Shown here: positions 1 through 9,944 of the stretch, one piece after another
How positions within the stretch are numbered: the stretch's first letter is position 1
Layout: every line of letters begins with the position of its first letter
Source: Burkholderiales bacterium
GTDB lineage: Bacteria > Pseudomonadota > Gammaproteobacteria > Burkholderiales > SG8-41
Direction of reading: 5' to 3'
DNA length: 64,000 bases
Assembly: GCA_035259205.1 (NCBI GenBank)
Contig: DATFWO010000285.1
Span: 5,987-69,986, forward strand
Made by a program: the position numbers and the translations under genes
The notes under the pieces: generated by a model
Database searches by the model: none
What the model was told of the DNA's origin: nothing
What the model saw: only the letters and a program-made list of their open reading frames with translations

Positions 1-551
1 AATTCGCCGCTGAGATGCAGCGGGCTGGCGACACCGGCGGAGCTGTAGCTGAGCTTGCCCGGCGTCGATTTCGCGAGAGCGACGAGATCCGTCACCGTTT
101 TCGCGGGCGACGAGCGGGTCACCACGATCACGAAGGTGCCCGAGGCGACGAGCGTCACGTAGGAGAAGTCCTTCATGATGTCGTAGCCGAGGTGCGAGTA
201 AAGGCTGGGGCTCGCGGCGACCGCAGGCGTAAGGGCCATGAACAGGGTATAACCGTCGGGCGTGGCCTTCGCGGCAACGAGCGCACCGACGTTGCCGCCG
301 GCACCAGGGCGGTTGTCCACGACCACCGGCTGCCCGTGGCGTTGCGTGAGCTGGGCGCCGATGACGCGCGCGAGATAGTCGGTGCCACCGCCGGGCACGT
401 TGGCGTCGATGATCCGGATCGGCCGACTGGGATAGTCCTCTGCCGCCGAAAGCGATGCTGCGCCCTGCGCGGCTGCGACAAAGGCGGCAACGAGCACGAC
501 ACTGCTCGCAGGCGTGGAACCGCGCCGTGCCGGGCGAGGCGGCTCACTCAA
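1..551 (-). CDS. Bug/TctC-family periplasmic solute-binding protein, N-terminal ~183 codons only (3' end beyond window start)
   Basis: Manual minus-strand translation: ...AEDYPSRPIRIIDANVPGGGTDYLARVIGAQL..VVVDNRPGAGGNVG..TPDGYTLF..TPGKLSYSSAGVASPLHLSGE, colinear with the other Bug paralogues. The only in-frame start is TTG at 549-551, followed by an RR-containing signal-like segment. Absent from the ORF track because the ORF is open at the window edge. Confidence 0.7.
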   Translation of the reverse strand, partial: MSEPPRPARRGSTPASSVVLVAAFVAAAQGAASLSAAEDYPSRPIRIIDANVPGGGTDYLARVIGAQLTQRHGQPVVVDNRPGAGGNVGALVAAKATPDGYTLFMALTPAVAASPSLYSHLGYDIMKDFSYVTLVASGTFVIVVTRSSPAKTVTDLVALAKSTPGKLSYSSAGVASPLHLSGE

Positions 552-1554
552 GCTTCACCCCCGCTTCTTTCACGATGCGTGACCACAGCGTGAGCTCCGC
601 CTTGATATAAGACAGAAAGTCCGCTGGAGTGGTCGTCTTGATCTCAACGTCCTCCGCCGCCAGGCGCTTGCGCACCGCCGGCAGGTCGAATATCCGGGCC
701 GTTTCCTTGTTGAGCCTGGCGATGATGTCCGGGGGCGTCCCGGCCGGGGCGAGCAGTCCGAACCAGATCACCACGTCAAAGCCGGGAAAACCGCTTTCGA
801 TCATGGTCGGAACCTGCGGCACTCGCGGGGAGCGCTTGGCGCCCGTGAGCGCCAGCCCGCGCAGCCGCCCCGTGTTGATGTGCTCGGGGATGCCCGCCGA
901 CGGCAGGCTTGCGGAGCCCACGGCGATCTCTCCGCCCAGGAGCGCGTGAACGATGGGCGGCACGCCTTTGTAGGGCACGTGGACGAGATCGACTTTGGCC
1001 AGGCTCTTGAAAAGCTCCATTGCCAGATGCGGCGAGGTGCCCACGCCCGCCGAGCCGTAGGTAACCTGGCCCGGGCGTGCCTTCGCGAGCGCGATGAGCT
1101 CCTTCATCGTTCTTGCGGGCACCGACGGATGCGCGACGAAGACGTTCGTCACCGCCCCGATGTACGTGATGGGCGCGAAGTCGTTGAGCGTATCAAACGG
1201 CAGCTTCGGATACAGCGCCGGATTGATCGCAAGGGAGTTGCTGGCGAGAAACAGGGTATAGCCGTCGGCGGGCGCCTTGGCCACGATCTCCGCCCCGATA
1301 CTGCCGCTTGCGCCCGGGCGGTTGTCGACGATCACCGAGCGGCCCCAGCTCTCCTGGAGTCGCGCACCGAACTCGCGCGCGAGTATGTCCGTGGTGCCTC
1401 CAGGCGTGAATCCGACCACGATGCGGATCGGTTTCACCGGGTAGGCTTGCGCCGCGGCGCCCTGTCCGTAGGCGACGGACGGCGCCCCGGAGGTCCCGAC
1501 AACTGCCGCCAGGACGAAGAGCATCAAAATGTGCGAGCTTGCGTGCGTGTCCAT
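544..1554 (-). CDS. Bug/TctC-family periplasmic solute-binding protein
   Basis: 336 aa. Signal peptide, then AYPVKPIRIVVGFTPGGTTD, DNRPGASGSIG, PDGYT, YGSAGVGTSPHL, HVPYKG (TctC/Bug signature). Its 3' end overlaps the TTG start of the next paralogue by 8 nt. Confidence 0.9.
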   Translation of the reverse strand: MDTHASSHILMLFVLAAVVGTSGAPSVAYGQGAAAQAYPVKPIRIVVGFTPGGTTDILAREFGARLQESWGRSVIVDNRPGASGSIGAEIVAKAPADGYTLFLASNSLAINPALYPKLPFDTLNDFAPITYIGAVTNVFVAHPSVPARTMKELIALAKARPGQVTYGSAGVGTSPHLAMELFKSLAKVDLVHVPYKGVPPIVHALLGGEIAVGSASLPSAGIPEHINTGRLRGLALTGAKRSPRVPQVPTMIESGFPGFDVVIWFGLLAPAGTPPDIIARLNKETARIFDLPAVRKRLAAEDVEIKTTTPADFLSYIKAELTLWSRIVKEAGVKLE

Positions 1555-1589
1555 GTCGCGAGACGGTGCCGGGCGCGGCGCTCATAGAG

Positions 1590-1605
1590 GAAAAAATATT
1601 TTTTC
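1590..1605. promoter_or_regulatory. Perfect 16-nt AT-only palindrome GAAAAAATATTTTTTC in divergent promoter region (candidate operator or promoter element)
   Basis: Read directly. Lies in the 69-nt gap between divergent genes (Bug start 1554, hyuA start 1624). A 14-nt A/T run is very unusual in this GC-rich sequence. Confidence 0.4.
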
Positions 1606-1623
1606 TTAGTGTAGCATGCGAGC

Positions 1624-3717
1624 ATGAACGACTCGCGCTATCGCATGGGCGTGGACATCGGCGGAACTTTTACCGATATCGTGATGATGTCGGACGATGG
1701 CACGGTGTACAGCAAGAAGCTTCTGTCGACTCCGGCAGACTACAGCGCAGCGATCGAGGACGGCATCACGGCATTGCTCTCCGAGCTGTCCGTAGTCCCG
1801 GCGCGCGTGGAGGAGTTCGTGCACGCGACGACTGTCGCCACGAACACGATCATCGAGCGCAGGGGCGTGCAGGTCGCATTGGTGACTACGCAGGGATTTC
1901 GCGACGTGCTCGAGCTCGGGCGTTTCCGCGCGCCGCGCCCGTACGACGTGCGCTTCCGCAAGCCCGATCCACTGGTGCCGCGTAACCTCCGCTTCGAGGT
2001 CCCGGAGCGCATCGACGCCGACGGCTCCATCGTTCGCGAGCTGGATATTGCGGCGCTCGAAGATATTGCGCGCGCGGTGGAGCTCGCGCAGGTCCGCGCG
2101 ATCGCGATATGCTTCCTGAACGCCTGCTCCAACAGCGCCCACGAAAAGCAGGCGGAGCGATTCTTCCGTGCCCGATTGCCCGGCGTCTCGATAACCGCTT
2201 CGACCTCCCTGCTGCCGCAGGTAGGCGAATACGAGCGTACCAGCACGACGGTCATCAACGCCTACATCCGTCCGGTCGTCAACGGTTACGTGGAGGCCCT
2301 GGAGCGCCGCCTTCGGACGCTGGGTGTTCCGGCTCCGCTGATGATCATGCAGTCAAGCGGCGGGATCGCGCCAGGCGCCCTCGTTGCCGAAACACCCATC
2401 ACCATCATCGAGTCGGGGCCGGCTGCGGGGGTGCTCGGCGGCCAGCGCATGGGCGTGGATGCAGGCCTTAGCGACATGATCGTCTTCGACATGGGTGGCA
2501 CGACCGCCAAGTCCACGGTCATCGAGGATTTTCAGTTCGGCGTATGCCCGGAGATCGAGGTGGGCGGGAGCGCGAGCATCGGCCAGCGCATGATCAAGGG
2601 GGCGGGTTATCCGGTGCAGGCGCCGACGATCGATATCGCAGAAGTCGGTGCGGGAGGAGGAAGCATCGCGTCGGTGGACGAGGCGGGCGGGCTCAAGGTC
2701 GGCCCGCGCAGCGCCGGCGCGGATCCCGGCCCGGTGTGCTACGGCCGGGGCGGCAGCCTGCCGACCGTTACCGACGCCAATCTGGTGCTGGGTTATCTCA
2801 ATCCGGGCGCACTGGTTGGGGGCGAGCTGGTGCTCGACTACGGCAAGGCGCGGGCCGCGGTCGAGGCGCTCGGCAGGGCGCTGGATCTGGACGCTACCGA
2901 CGCCGCCTACGGCATCCACGAGATCGCCAACGCGACCATGTTGCGCGCGCTGCGCGGCATCTCGTCGGAGCGCGGCCGCGACCCGTCCCGGTATTCACTG
3001 CTGGCGATCGGGGGCAACGGTCCGGTGCATGCGGCAAGCCTCGCCGAGGCCGGGGGATTGACGCGTATCGTCGTGCCGCCGGTTGCCGGTCTCTTCAGCG
3101 CTCTCGGCATGCTCTTCGCCGATGTCGAGCATCACCTGGTGAAAGGTTTTTACCGCGCTTTCGAGCGCTGTCCTGTGGCAGATCTCAATGCCGCGGCGGC
3201 CGATCTGGTGGAATCGGGACGCAAGCTCCTGTCCGAGCAGGGCTACGCGAGCCCGGAACGCCAGCGGATCGCCGTTTGCGCCGACGTGAAATACGTCGGC
3301 CAGACTTCCCCCCTGACCGTCCGTCTCGCCCGCCTTCCCGTTACCGATGACGTCCTGAGGAAACTGGTCGGGATGTTCGAGGCCGAGCACTCCAGGACTT
3401 TCGGCTACATCTCGCCCGGGGACGCGCTCCAGTTCGTCGCAGTGAAGGCGATCTGCCAGGGCGTGCCCGAAAGGCCGCGCATGCCGGGGCGCATGGCGCG
3501 CGGGAACGAGCGCGCGACGCCGGCACGCGAGCGCCGCGCCTACTTCGGGGCGCGGCACGGCTGGCTCGCAACGCCGGTCATGGCGCGCGCCGATCTTCCC
3601 GGCAAGACCGTGCCGGGACCCGTCATCGTCGAGGAATACGACACGACCGTCGTGGTCCGGCCCGGATGGACGGCGCGCACCGATGGCTGGAACCGGATCC
3701 ATATGGAGCGAGGGTGA
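1624..3717 (+). CDS. hyuA: Hydantoinase A / N-methylhydantoinase A / oxoprolinase family (ATP-dependent, ASKHA fold)
   Basis: 697 aa. N-terminal MGVDIGGTFTDIV and later FDMGGTTAK nucleotide-binding motifs. Length and order match the hydantoinase A family. Confidence 0.9.
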   Translation: MNDSRYRMGVDIGGTFTDIVMMSDDGTVYSKKLLSTPADYSAAIEDGITALLSELSVVPARVEEFVHATTVATNTIIERRGVQVALVTTQGFRDVLELGRFRAPRPYDVRFRKPDPLVPRNLRFEVPERIDADGSIVRELDIAALEDIARAVELAQVRAIAICFLNACSNSAHEKQAERFFRARLPGVSITASTSLLPQVGEYERTSTTVINAYIRPVVNGYVEALERRLRTLGVPAPLMIMQSSGGIAPGALVAETPITIIESGPAAGVLGGQRMGVDAGLSDMIVFDMGGTTAKSTVIEDFQFGVCPEIEVGGSASIGQRMIKGAGYPVQAPTIDIAEVGAGGGSIASVDEAGGLKVGPRSAGADPGPVCYGRGGSLPTVTDANLVLGYLNPGALVGGELVLDYGKARAAVEALGRALDLDATDAAYGIHEIANATMLRALRGISSERGRDPSRYSLLAIGGNGPVHAASLAEAGGLTRIVVPPVAGLFSALGMLFADVEHHLVKGFYRAFERCPVADLNAAAADLVESGRKLLSEQGYASPERQRIAVCADVKYVGQTSPLTVRLARLPVTDDVLRKLVGMFEAEHSRTFGYISPGDALQFVAVKAICQGVPERPRMPGRMARGNERATPARERRAYFGARHGWLATPVMARADLPGKTVPGPVIVEEYDTTVVVRPGWTARTDGWNRIHMERG

Positions 3718-5453
3718 AAGTCGACCCGGTCAGACGCGAGCTGTTGATGAACGCCCTGGTGACGATCGCCGAGAACGTGCTCGTGATGATCGTACGCACG
3801 GCGCGCTCCGCCAACGTGAAGAACAGCCTGGATTTCTCCGCCGCGATCCTGGATGCCGATGGGCAGCTCGTGGCCCAGGGCCTCGCGGTCCCGGTGCACC
3901 TGGGCGCGATGATGCCCGCGATCAAGGGTTGCCGCGACTACTTTGGCGACGACGTCGCCGAGGGCGACATGCTGGTCTGCAACGATCCGTACTCGGGTTG
4001 CAGCCATCTCAACGACATTTTCATGTTCAAGCCGGTCTTCGCTGCCGGACGGCGGATCGCCTGGATCGGCATCATCCTGCACCACACCGATCTCGGCGGA
4101 CGCGTTGCGGGCGGCAACGCAGCCGACAGCAACGAGATCTTCGAGGAGGGCTTGCGGATCCCGCCGAGCAAGATCGTGGATGCGGGAAGAATCAACTCGA
4201 CCCTCATGCGGATCATCGAGTTCAACTCGCGTGTGCCGGCGCGGGTGCTCGCCGACGTGCGGGCCGAAATGGCGGCGGTCGAGCAGGCGGCGAAGGAGCT
4301 GGAAAGGCTCGTTTCCCAGTGGGACGCGGACGAGTTCTGCGCGTACCTGCGCGACCTGATCGACTACGCCGAGCGCCTCGCCCGCGCCCAGATCGCAGCG
4401 CTGCCCGACGGCGTGACCGAATTCACTGAATGGAACGACGACGACGGGATCGGCGGTGGCCCGGTGCGGATCCACGTGCGGCTGACCAAGCAGGGCGACG
4501 AGATCGCCGTCGATTTCAGCGGCACCGACCGCCGGCTGGGAGGAGCGGTGCACAGCTACTACGCATTCACCGCGTCGTGCGCTTATGCCGCGATACGCAC
4601 CATGCTGGACCTCGATATCCCGAGCAATGCCGGGCTCTATCGGCCGATCAGGGTGATCGCGCCCGAAGGGACGTTCGTCAATGCGCCGTTTCCGGCCGCA
4701 TTCGGCTCCCGTGGACAGAGTGGATACCGGATCCGCTCCGTCGTCCTCGGCGCGCTCGCCCTGCTGATGCCGGATCGCCTGACCGGCTGTCCCGGCGGCT
4801 CGGAGTTCGCGATCGCCGTGTCCGGGCACGATGGGAGCCGCCGGCGCTTCCTCCATCTCGAGTTCCACAACAACACCGGCCATGGCGGTGGCCCCGATCG
4901 CGATGGGCAGGACGCAGGACCGAACTGCATCGGCAACCTCGCGAACATGCCGGTCGAGCTGATCGAGGCGGAAAACCCGATCCGGGTGGAGGAATACGCT
5001 TTCCTGCCCGACACAGGCGGGCCCGGCAGGTATCGCGGCGCGCTGGGTATCGTGCGCGAATACCGCATCCTGGCCGAAGACGCCGTGGTGCAGGTACGCT
5101 CGGACCGCTTCGCGCACGAGCCATGGGGAATACTGGGCGGGGGGCCGGGCGCCCGTGCCCGCGCCTTCCTCAATCCCGGCTCGGCGCAGTCCGAGGTGTT
5201 GCCCTCGAAGTTCGTGCGCCGCCTGCAGTACGGCGACGTGCTGCGCGCGGAAATGGCGGCGGCCGGGGGCTATGGCGATCCGCTCGAGCGCGATCCTGCG
5301 GCGGTGGCGGCCGACGTGGCGCAGCAGAAAATTACGCGCGAGCATGCATATCAGGAGTACGCCGTGGTAGTCGACGGCGACGCCGGGGCGAAGCTCGACG
5401 CCGCAGCCACCGCCCTCGAGCGCAGGCGCCGGAGCGGAAGCCACAAACGATAG
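3714..5453 (+). CDS. hyuB: Hydantoinase B / oxoprolinase family
   Basis: Track ORF 3666-5453 trimmed to GTG 3714, which overlaps the hyuA stop (GTGA). 579 aa beginning VKVDPVRRELLMNALVTIAENV, with NDPYSGCSHLNDI, typical of hydantoinase B. Confidence 0.9.
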   Translation: MKVDPVRRELLMNALVTIAENVLVMIVRTARSANVKNSLDFSAAILDADGQLVAQGLAVPVHLGAMMPAIKGCRDYFGDDVAEGDMLVCNDPYSGCSHLNDIFMFKPVFAAGRRIAWIGIILHHTDLGGRVAGGNAADSNEIFEEGLRIPPSKIVDAGRINSTLMRIIEFNSRVPARVLADVRAEMAAVEQAAKELERLVSQWDADEFCAYLRDLIDYAERLARAQIAALPDGVTEFTEWNDDDGIGGGPVRIHVRLTKQGDEIAVDFSGTDRRLGGAVHSYYAFTASCAYAAIRTMLDLDIPSNAGLYRPIRVIAPEGTFVNAPFPAAFGSRGQSGYRIRSVVLGALALLMPDRLTGCPGGSEFAIAVSGHDGSRRRFLHLEFHNNTGHGGGPDRDGQDAGPNCIGNLANMPVELIEAENPIRVEEYAFLPDTGGPGRYRGALGIVREYRILAEDAVVQVRSDRFAHEPWGILGGGPGARARAFLNPGSAQSEVLPSKFVRRLQYGDVLRAEMAAAGGYGDPLERDPAAVAADVAQQKITREHAYQEYAVVVDGDAGAKLDAAATALERRRRSGSHKR

Positions 5454-5484
5454 ACGTAGAGCCCGCGAGGAAGATGACGCGATC

Positions 5485-6912
5485 ATGACCCATACGCCGA
5501 AAAAAGCCACGGTGCCGGACCAGGACGCTTCGCGCTATCTCGATGTGCTGTCCGATTACCTGTGCCATGCCAGGCTGGAGGATTTTCCGGCAGCTGTAAC
5601 CGAACGCGCACGCTGGATCATTGCCGACTGCCTGCCGCTGACCGCCGCCGGCATGCAGGCCCGGGAAATGCGCGACTTCGCGCAACGGCAGCTCGCGTGC
5701 AATCCCAGGGGCGAGGCGACGGTCATCGGCCTGGGCGTAAGAGCGGATCCCAAAACGGCTTCGCTGCTGAACGGGACCGCGGGGACGTGGCTGGAAATGG
5801 TGGAGGAGAACATCTACGCCAAGGGACTGCCGGCGATCCAGGTCGTACCTGCCGCGCTGGCGCTCGCCGAGCACCACAAGGCGTCGGGACGCGAGCTCAT
5901 GGCGGCGACCGTTCTCGGTTACGAGGCTGGCTGCCGGATCAGCAGGGCGACCAAGACCAAGATGGCACTGCATCCGAGCGGCACCTTCGGGGTGATCTGC
6001 GCGGCGGTCGCCGCCGCCAGGCTGGCGCGGCTGGGTGAGCACGCGATGCGCGAAGTGATCAACGTGAGCGCCACGCTCGGACTGGCCACCAGCCGCAAAG
6101 CGATCATCGACGGCGCGACCGTGGGCCGGGTATACAGCGGCGCCAGCGGCCTGCTCGGCATACTGGCGGTGGAAATGGTTCAGGCCGGGCTGACCGGCGA
6201 GGTCGACGGGGTGCGCTCCGTCTACGGCTCGATCTACGCCGATGCGCCGGAGGTCGTGAGCCGCATTCCGCAGATGGCGAAGGAGTCGTTCGAGCCGGAA
6301 TTGGTGCTCGCCGGACTGGGCTCGGAGTTCCTCATAACCGAGGGGTTCATCAAGATGCACGCCTGCGCCCGGTCGATTCATCCGGCGCTGGATCTCGTCG
6401 AGGATATCCTGGCGCGCAGGCGGCTCGACCCGGCCGAGATCGACCGCATCGATTTTCTCACTTACATCTCGCCCACGACATTGCACGGCAAGACCCCGAA
6501 AACGGCCTTCGGGTCCCGATTTTCGCTGCCGTTCGCCGTCGCATCGCTCATCTACCACGGACGCGGCGCACTCGCGAACTTCGAAGACGAGGCCTTCGCG
6601 AATCCCGTCATCCGCGACCTCGCGCTGCGCGTCAATGTCGCCGAGAAGCCTGAATACACGGCCTTGTTTCCCTTCAAGCAGCCGTGCGACGTGCAGGTTC
6701 GCCTCAAGGATGGCAGTATGATCGAGGCGAGAGCCGAGTACACGAGAGGCGATCCGAAAAACCCGCGCACGGCCGCGGAAATGACGTCCAAATTTTTCGA
6801 TGTTGCCCGACTGGTCTGGAACCGCGAGCACGCGCAGCGCGTGTTCGACGGCATGATGTCGCTCGAGGGCATCGACGACGTGCACGCTTTCTTTTCCAGA
6901 AACCCGATCTAG
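5485..6912 (+). CDS. MmgE/PrpD-family protein (2-methylcitrate dehydratase-like)
   Basis: 475 aa. N-terminus ...YLCHARLEDFPAAVTERARWIIADCL and overall length are typical of MmgE/PrpD. GAGGA lies 13 nt upstream of the ATG. Confidence 0.85.
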   Translation: MTHTPKKATVPDQDASRYLDVLSDYLCHARLEDFPAAVTERARWIIADCLPLTAAGMQAREMRDFAQRQLACNPRGEATVIGLGVRADPKTASLLNGTAGTWLEMVEENIYAKGLPAIQVVPAALALAEHHKASGRELMAATVLGYEAGCRISRATKTKMALHPSGTFGVICAAVAAARLARLGEHAMREVINVSATLGLATSRKAIIDGATVGRVYSGASGLLGILAVEMVQAGLTGEVDGVRSVYGSIYADAPEVVSRIPQMAKESFEPELVLAGLGSEFLITEGFIKMHACARSIHPALDLVEDILARRRLDPAEIDRIDFLTYISPTTLHGKTPKTAFGSRFSLPFAVASLIYHGRGALANFEDEAFANPVIRDLALRVNVAEKPEYTALFPFKQPCDVQVRLKDGSMIEARAEYTRGDPKNPRTAAEMTSKFFDVARLVWNREHAQRVFDGMMSLEGIDDVHAFFSRNPI

Positions 6913-6915
6913 CGT

Positions 6916-7809
6916 ATGTCGCTCGAGCGGGACTTTGTCGGCTATGGAATGACCCCGCCGGCGGTGGCGTGGCCCGGCGGCGCGCGCATCGCGGTGCAGG
7001 TGGCGGTGAACTACGAGGAGGGCGCCGAGTATTCGCTGCTGGACGGAGATGCCCATCGCGAGCCTACGGGTGACCTCGCATCGCCCGTGCCGCTCGATCA
7101 GCGCGACCTGATGAACGAATCCTTCTTCGAATACGGCAGCCGCGTCGGCGTGTGGCGGCTCCTCGATCTGCTCGACAAGCAACAGATCAAGGGCACCTTT
7201 CTTGCGTGCGGTCTCGCGCTCGAGCGCAATCCGCAGGTCGCGCGCGAGATCGTCCGCCGCGGCCACGAGCCTGCCGGTCACGGCTACCGGTGGGAGGAGC
7301 ATCACAAGATGAGCCGGGACGAGGAGCGCGAAGCGATACGCAAGGCGGTGGATTCCGTGAGCCGCACGACGGGGGAACGTCCGGTGGGCTGGATGCCCCG
7401 CTACGGACCCAGCGTGAATACCCGGGAGTTGCTGGTCGAGGAAGGCGGCTTCGTCTACGACAGTTGCCATGCCATCAACGACGATCTGCCCTATCGCGCG
7501 ACCGTCAACGGACGGCGCTGGCTGGTGGTCCCCTATGCCGGCGACGTCAACGACGGCCGCGCGTTTCGGGGCGGCGGGGGCGGACCGGACGACTTCTACA
7601 ACGTCATGCGCTACACCTTCGACGTACTCTATGCGGAAGGCGCCGCGCGTCCCAAGATGATGACCGTGGCTCTGCACTGTCGCATTTCGGGGCGGCCGGC
7701 CTTTGCGCATGTGGTCGGCCGGTTCCTGACTTACGCGAGGCAGTTTCCGGACGTATGGTTCGCGCGCCGCATCGATATCGCCCGCTGGTGGCTCGAGCGG
7801 GGCTATTGA
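6916..7809 (+). CDS. Polysaccharide-deacetylase-fold hydrolase, PuuE (metal-independent allantoinase)-like
   Basis: 297 aa. RDFVGYG..PP.V.WPGGARIAVQVAVNYEEGAEYS matches my recollection of the PuuE-type N-terminus. Starts 3 nt after the PrpD-like stop. Confidence 0.75.
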   Translation: MSLERDFVGYGMTPPAVAWPGGARIAVQVAVNYEEGAEYSLLDGDAHREPTGDLASPVPLDQRDLMNESFFEYGSRVGVWRLLDLLDKQQIKGTFLACGLALERNPQVAREIVRRGHEPAGHGYRWEEHHKMSRDEEREAIRKAVDSVSRTTGERPVGWMPRYGPSVNTRELLVEEGGFVYDSCHAINDDLPYRATVNGRRWLVVPYAGDVNDGRAFRGGGGGPDDFYNVMRYTFDVLYAEGAARPKMMTVALHCRISGRPAFAHVVGRFLTYARQFPDVWFARRIDIARWWLERGY

Positions 7810-7861
7810 GGCGACCTATGGATGCACAGGGCTCCGTGCAAGGCGCGGGAAGGGTGACCGC

Positions 7862-8881
7862 ATGAGATCGCGTATGGCCACAGGCATGGCAGAGCGTCTG
7901 GGATCGGCGGCCGTGATCGGCCTCGCTTGTTTCGCGCAGACGCTGGAAACGGCAGCCGCCGGACCGGCGCCCGAACCCGCGGCCGGAGATTTTCCGAGCC
8001 GGCCGATTCGATTCGTGGAGGCTTTCGGCGCCGGCGGCACCACCGACTATCTTTCCCGGGTGGTCGGGCAGAAACTTACCGCGCGTTTCGGGCAGCAGGT
8101 CGTCGTTGACAATAGGCCCGGCGCCGGCGGCAATATCGGTGCGGAAATGGCGGCGAAGGCTACTCCGGACGGCTACACGCTTTTCATGGGAGTAGTTCCC
8201 ATCCTGGCCGCCGCCGGCAGCCTTTATGGGCGGCTGGGCTACGACGTTCTGAAGGATTTCAGCGATATCGCCCTGGTCGTGTCCGGCAACTATGTCCTCG
8301 TGGCGGGGCCGTCGCTGCAGGCCCGCTCGGTCCAGGAACTGGTGGCGCTCGCCAAATCGAAGCCGCTGCGCTACGGCTCGGCGGGTATCGGGAGCACGCT
8401 TCATCTGGCGATGGCGATGCTGAACAGCATGGCGGGCCTGAACATGCTTCACGTGCCGTACAAAGGCGGCCCCCCGATGGTGACGGCCCTTGCTGCCGGG
8501 GAAGTGGACGCGGGCGCGCCCAGCCTCACCTTGGCGCTGCCCTTGATCAAGGCCGGCCGGTTGACTCCGCTCGCGGTTACCAGCGCGCAGCGCGCCAGGG
8601 AATTTCCCAACCTTCCGACCATCGCGGAAGCCGGGGTTCCCGGCTACGATCTCACGCCGTGGTATGCAGCCTACGCGCCAGCGGGTACGCCGGCCGCGAT
8701 CGTGAAGCTGCTGAACGCCGAGATCAACGCCATCTTGCGCATGCCCGACATCCAGACGGGTTTCGCGGTGCAGGGACTGGAAGCGGTCGGCGGTACGCCG
8801 GAGCAGGCGCGGCAGACCATGAGGGTGGAGGTCAAGAAATGGGCCAAAGTGATCAAGGAAGCAGGGATCAAGGCCGAGTAG
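7862..8881 (+). CDS. Bug/TctC-family periplasmic solute-binding protein
   Basis: 339 aa. Signal peptide, FPSRPIRFVEAFGAGGTTDY, DNRPGAGGNIG, PDGYT, YGSAGIGSTLHL, HVPYKG. Confidence 0.9.
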   Translation: MRSRMATGMAERLGSAAVIGLACFAQTLETAAAGPAPEPAAGDFPSRPIRFVEAFGAGGTTDYLSRVVGQKLTARFGQQVVVDNRPGAGGNIGAEMAAKATPDGYTLFMGVVPILAAAGSLYGRLGYDVLKDFSDIALVVSGNYVLVAGPSLQARSVQELVALAKSKPLRYGSAGIGSTLHLAMAMLNSMAGLNMLHVPYKGGPPMVTALAAGEVDAGAPSLTLALPLIKAGRLTPLAVTSAQRAREFPNLPTIAEAGVPGYDLTPWYAAYAPAGTPAAIVKLLNAEINAILRMPDIQTGFAVQGLEAVGGTPEQARQTMRVEVKKWAKVIKEAGIKAE

Positions 8882-8898
8882 GCCGATTGCAGTCCCTC

Positions 8899-9867
8899 GT
8901 GGTGTGCGCGTTGCGCAGCACACCGCTGGTTGTGCTGGCGTCGTGGATTGCGGGTGTTCAGGCGCAGGACTATCCCGGCAAGCCGATCCGCTGGGTGATC
9001 CCCTATGCATCGGGTGGAGCCGCCGACATCACGGCGCGCATCATGGCGCCCCGCATGACGGAGTCTCTCGGCCAGCAAATCGTGGTCGACAACCGGCCGG
9101 GCGGGGCGACGATACCTGCCGTCGACGCGGTCGCAAAGTCCGCCCCCGACGGCTACACGTGGCTTATCGCCAACATTGCATTTGGGGCCAACCCGAGTCT
9201 CTTCCGCAAGCTGCCCTACGATCCCATCCGGGATTTCGTGGAGGTCAGCCAGCTCGCGGTCGTGCCGATGGTGCTGGTGGTTCACCCATCGGTGCCGGTT
9301 CGCTCCCCCCAGGAATTGATCACGCTCGCCAAGGCGAAGCCCGGCGCGCTGAACTATGGTTCGGCGGGAAACGGCGGCGCCAACCACCTGGCGACGGAGG
9401 TGTTTCGCAGCATGAGCGGGATCGACATCGTGCATGTGCCGTACAAGGCGATCGGCCAGGCCCTGTCCGATCTGCTGGGCGGGCAAATCTCGATGCTGTT
9501 CGGGACCGTCACGTCCGTCCATCCGTACATCAAGTCGGGCCGCCTGAAGGCGCTCTGCATCAGCAATATCCGGCCGAATCCTGCGCTGCCCGAGGTTGCG
9601 CCGTGCTCGGAGCGCGGCGTCGCCGGCTACAACGTCAACGAATGGCAGGTGCTGGTGGTTCCGGGGCGCACGCCGCCGGGGGTCGTGGAGCGCCTGCACA
9701 AGGAAGTGGTGAAAGCGCTGGCCGATCCCGACGTGAAGAACCGGCTCGCCGGGCTGGGCGCGGAGCCCGTCGGCAGCAGCCCGAGGGAAGCGGCAGACTT
9801 CGTGCGATCGGAGCTGGCGCGATGGGCGAAAATCGTCAAGGAAGCAGGAATTCAGCCGGTCGATTGA
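8899..9867 (+). CDS. Bug/TctC-family periplasmic solute-binding protein
   Basis: Track ORF 8659-9867 overlaps the previous gene. Trimmed to GTG 8899 (alternatives TTG 8887, GTG 8902), giving signal peptide VVCALRSTPLVVLASWIAGVQA, then QDYPGKPIRWVIPYASGGAADI, DNRPGG, PDGYT, YGSAGNGGANHL, HVPYKA. Confidence 0.85.
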   Translation: MVCALRSTPLVVLASWIAGVQAQDYPGKPIRWVIPYASGGAADITARIMAPRMTESLGQQIVVDNRPGGATIPAVDAVAKSAPDGYTWLIANIAFGANPSLFRKLPYDPIRDFVEVSQLAVVPMVLVVHPSVPVRSPQELITLAKAKPGALNYGSAGNGGANHLATEVFRSMSGIDIVHVPYKAIGQALSDLLGGQISMLFGTVTSVHPYIKSGRLKALCISNIRPNPALPEVAPCSERGVAGYNVNEWQVLVVPGRTPPGVVERLHKEVVKALADPDVKNRLAGLGAEPVGSSPREAADFVRSELARWAKIVKEAGIQPVD

Positions 9868-9944
9868 AGCGCGCTCGTGCAGCCCATCCGTAATTTTGAG
9901 CAACGGGCAGGAATAGCGGCACCGCGCGATCTGCAGGACTGCAT

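Noticed and set aside
3540-7710. Long minus-strand ORFs 3540-5510 (656 aa) and 5332-7710 (792 aa)
   Set aside because: They lie antisense to hyuB, the PrpD-like gene and the PuuE-like gene. They have shadow-ORF composition (R, A, G, P, H dominated), no recognisable motifs and no RBS.
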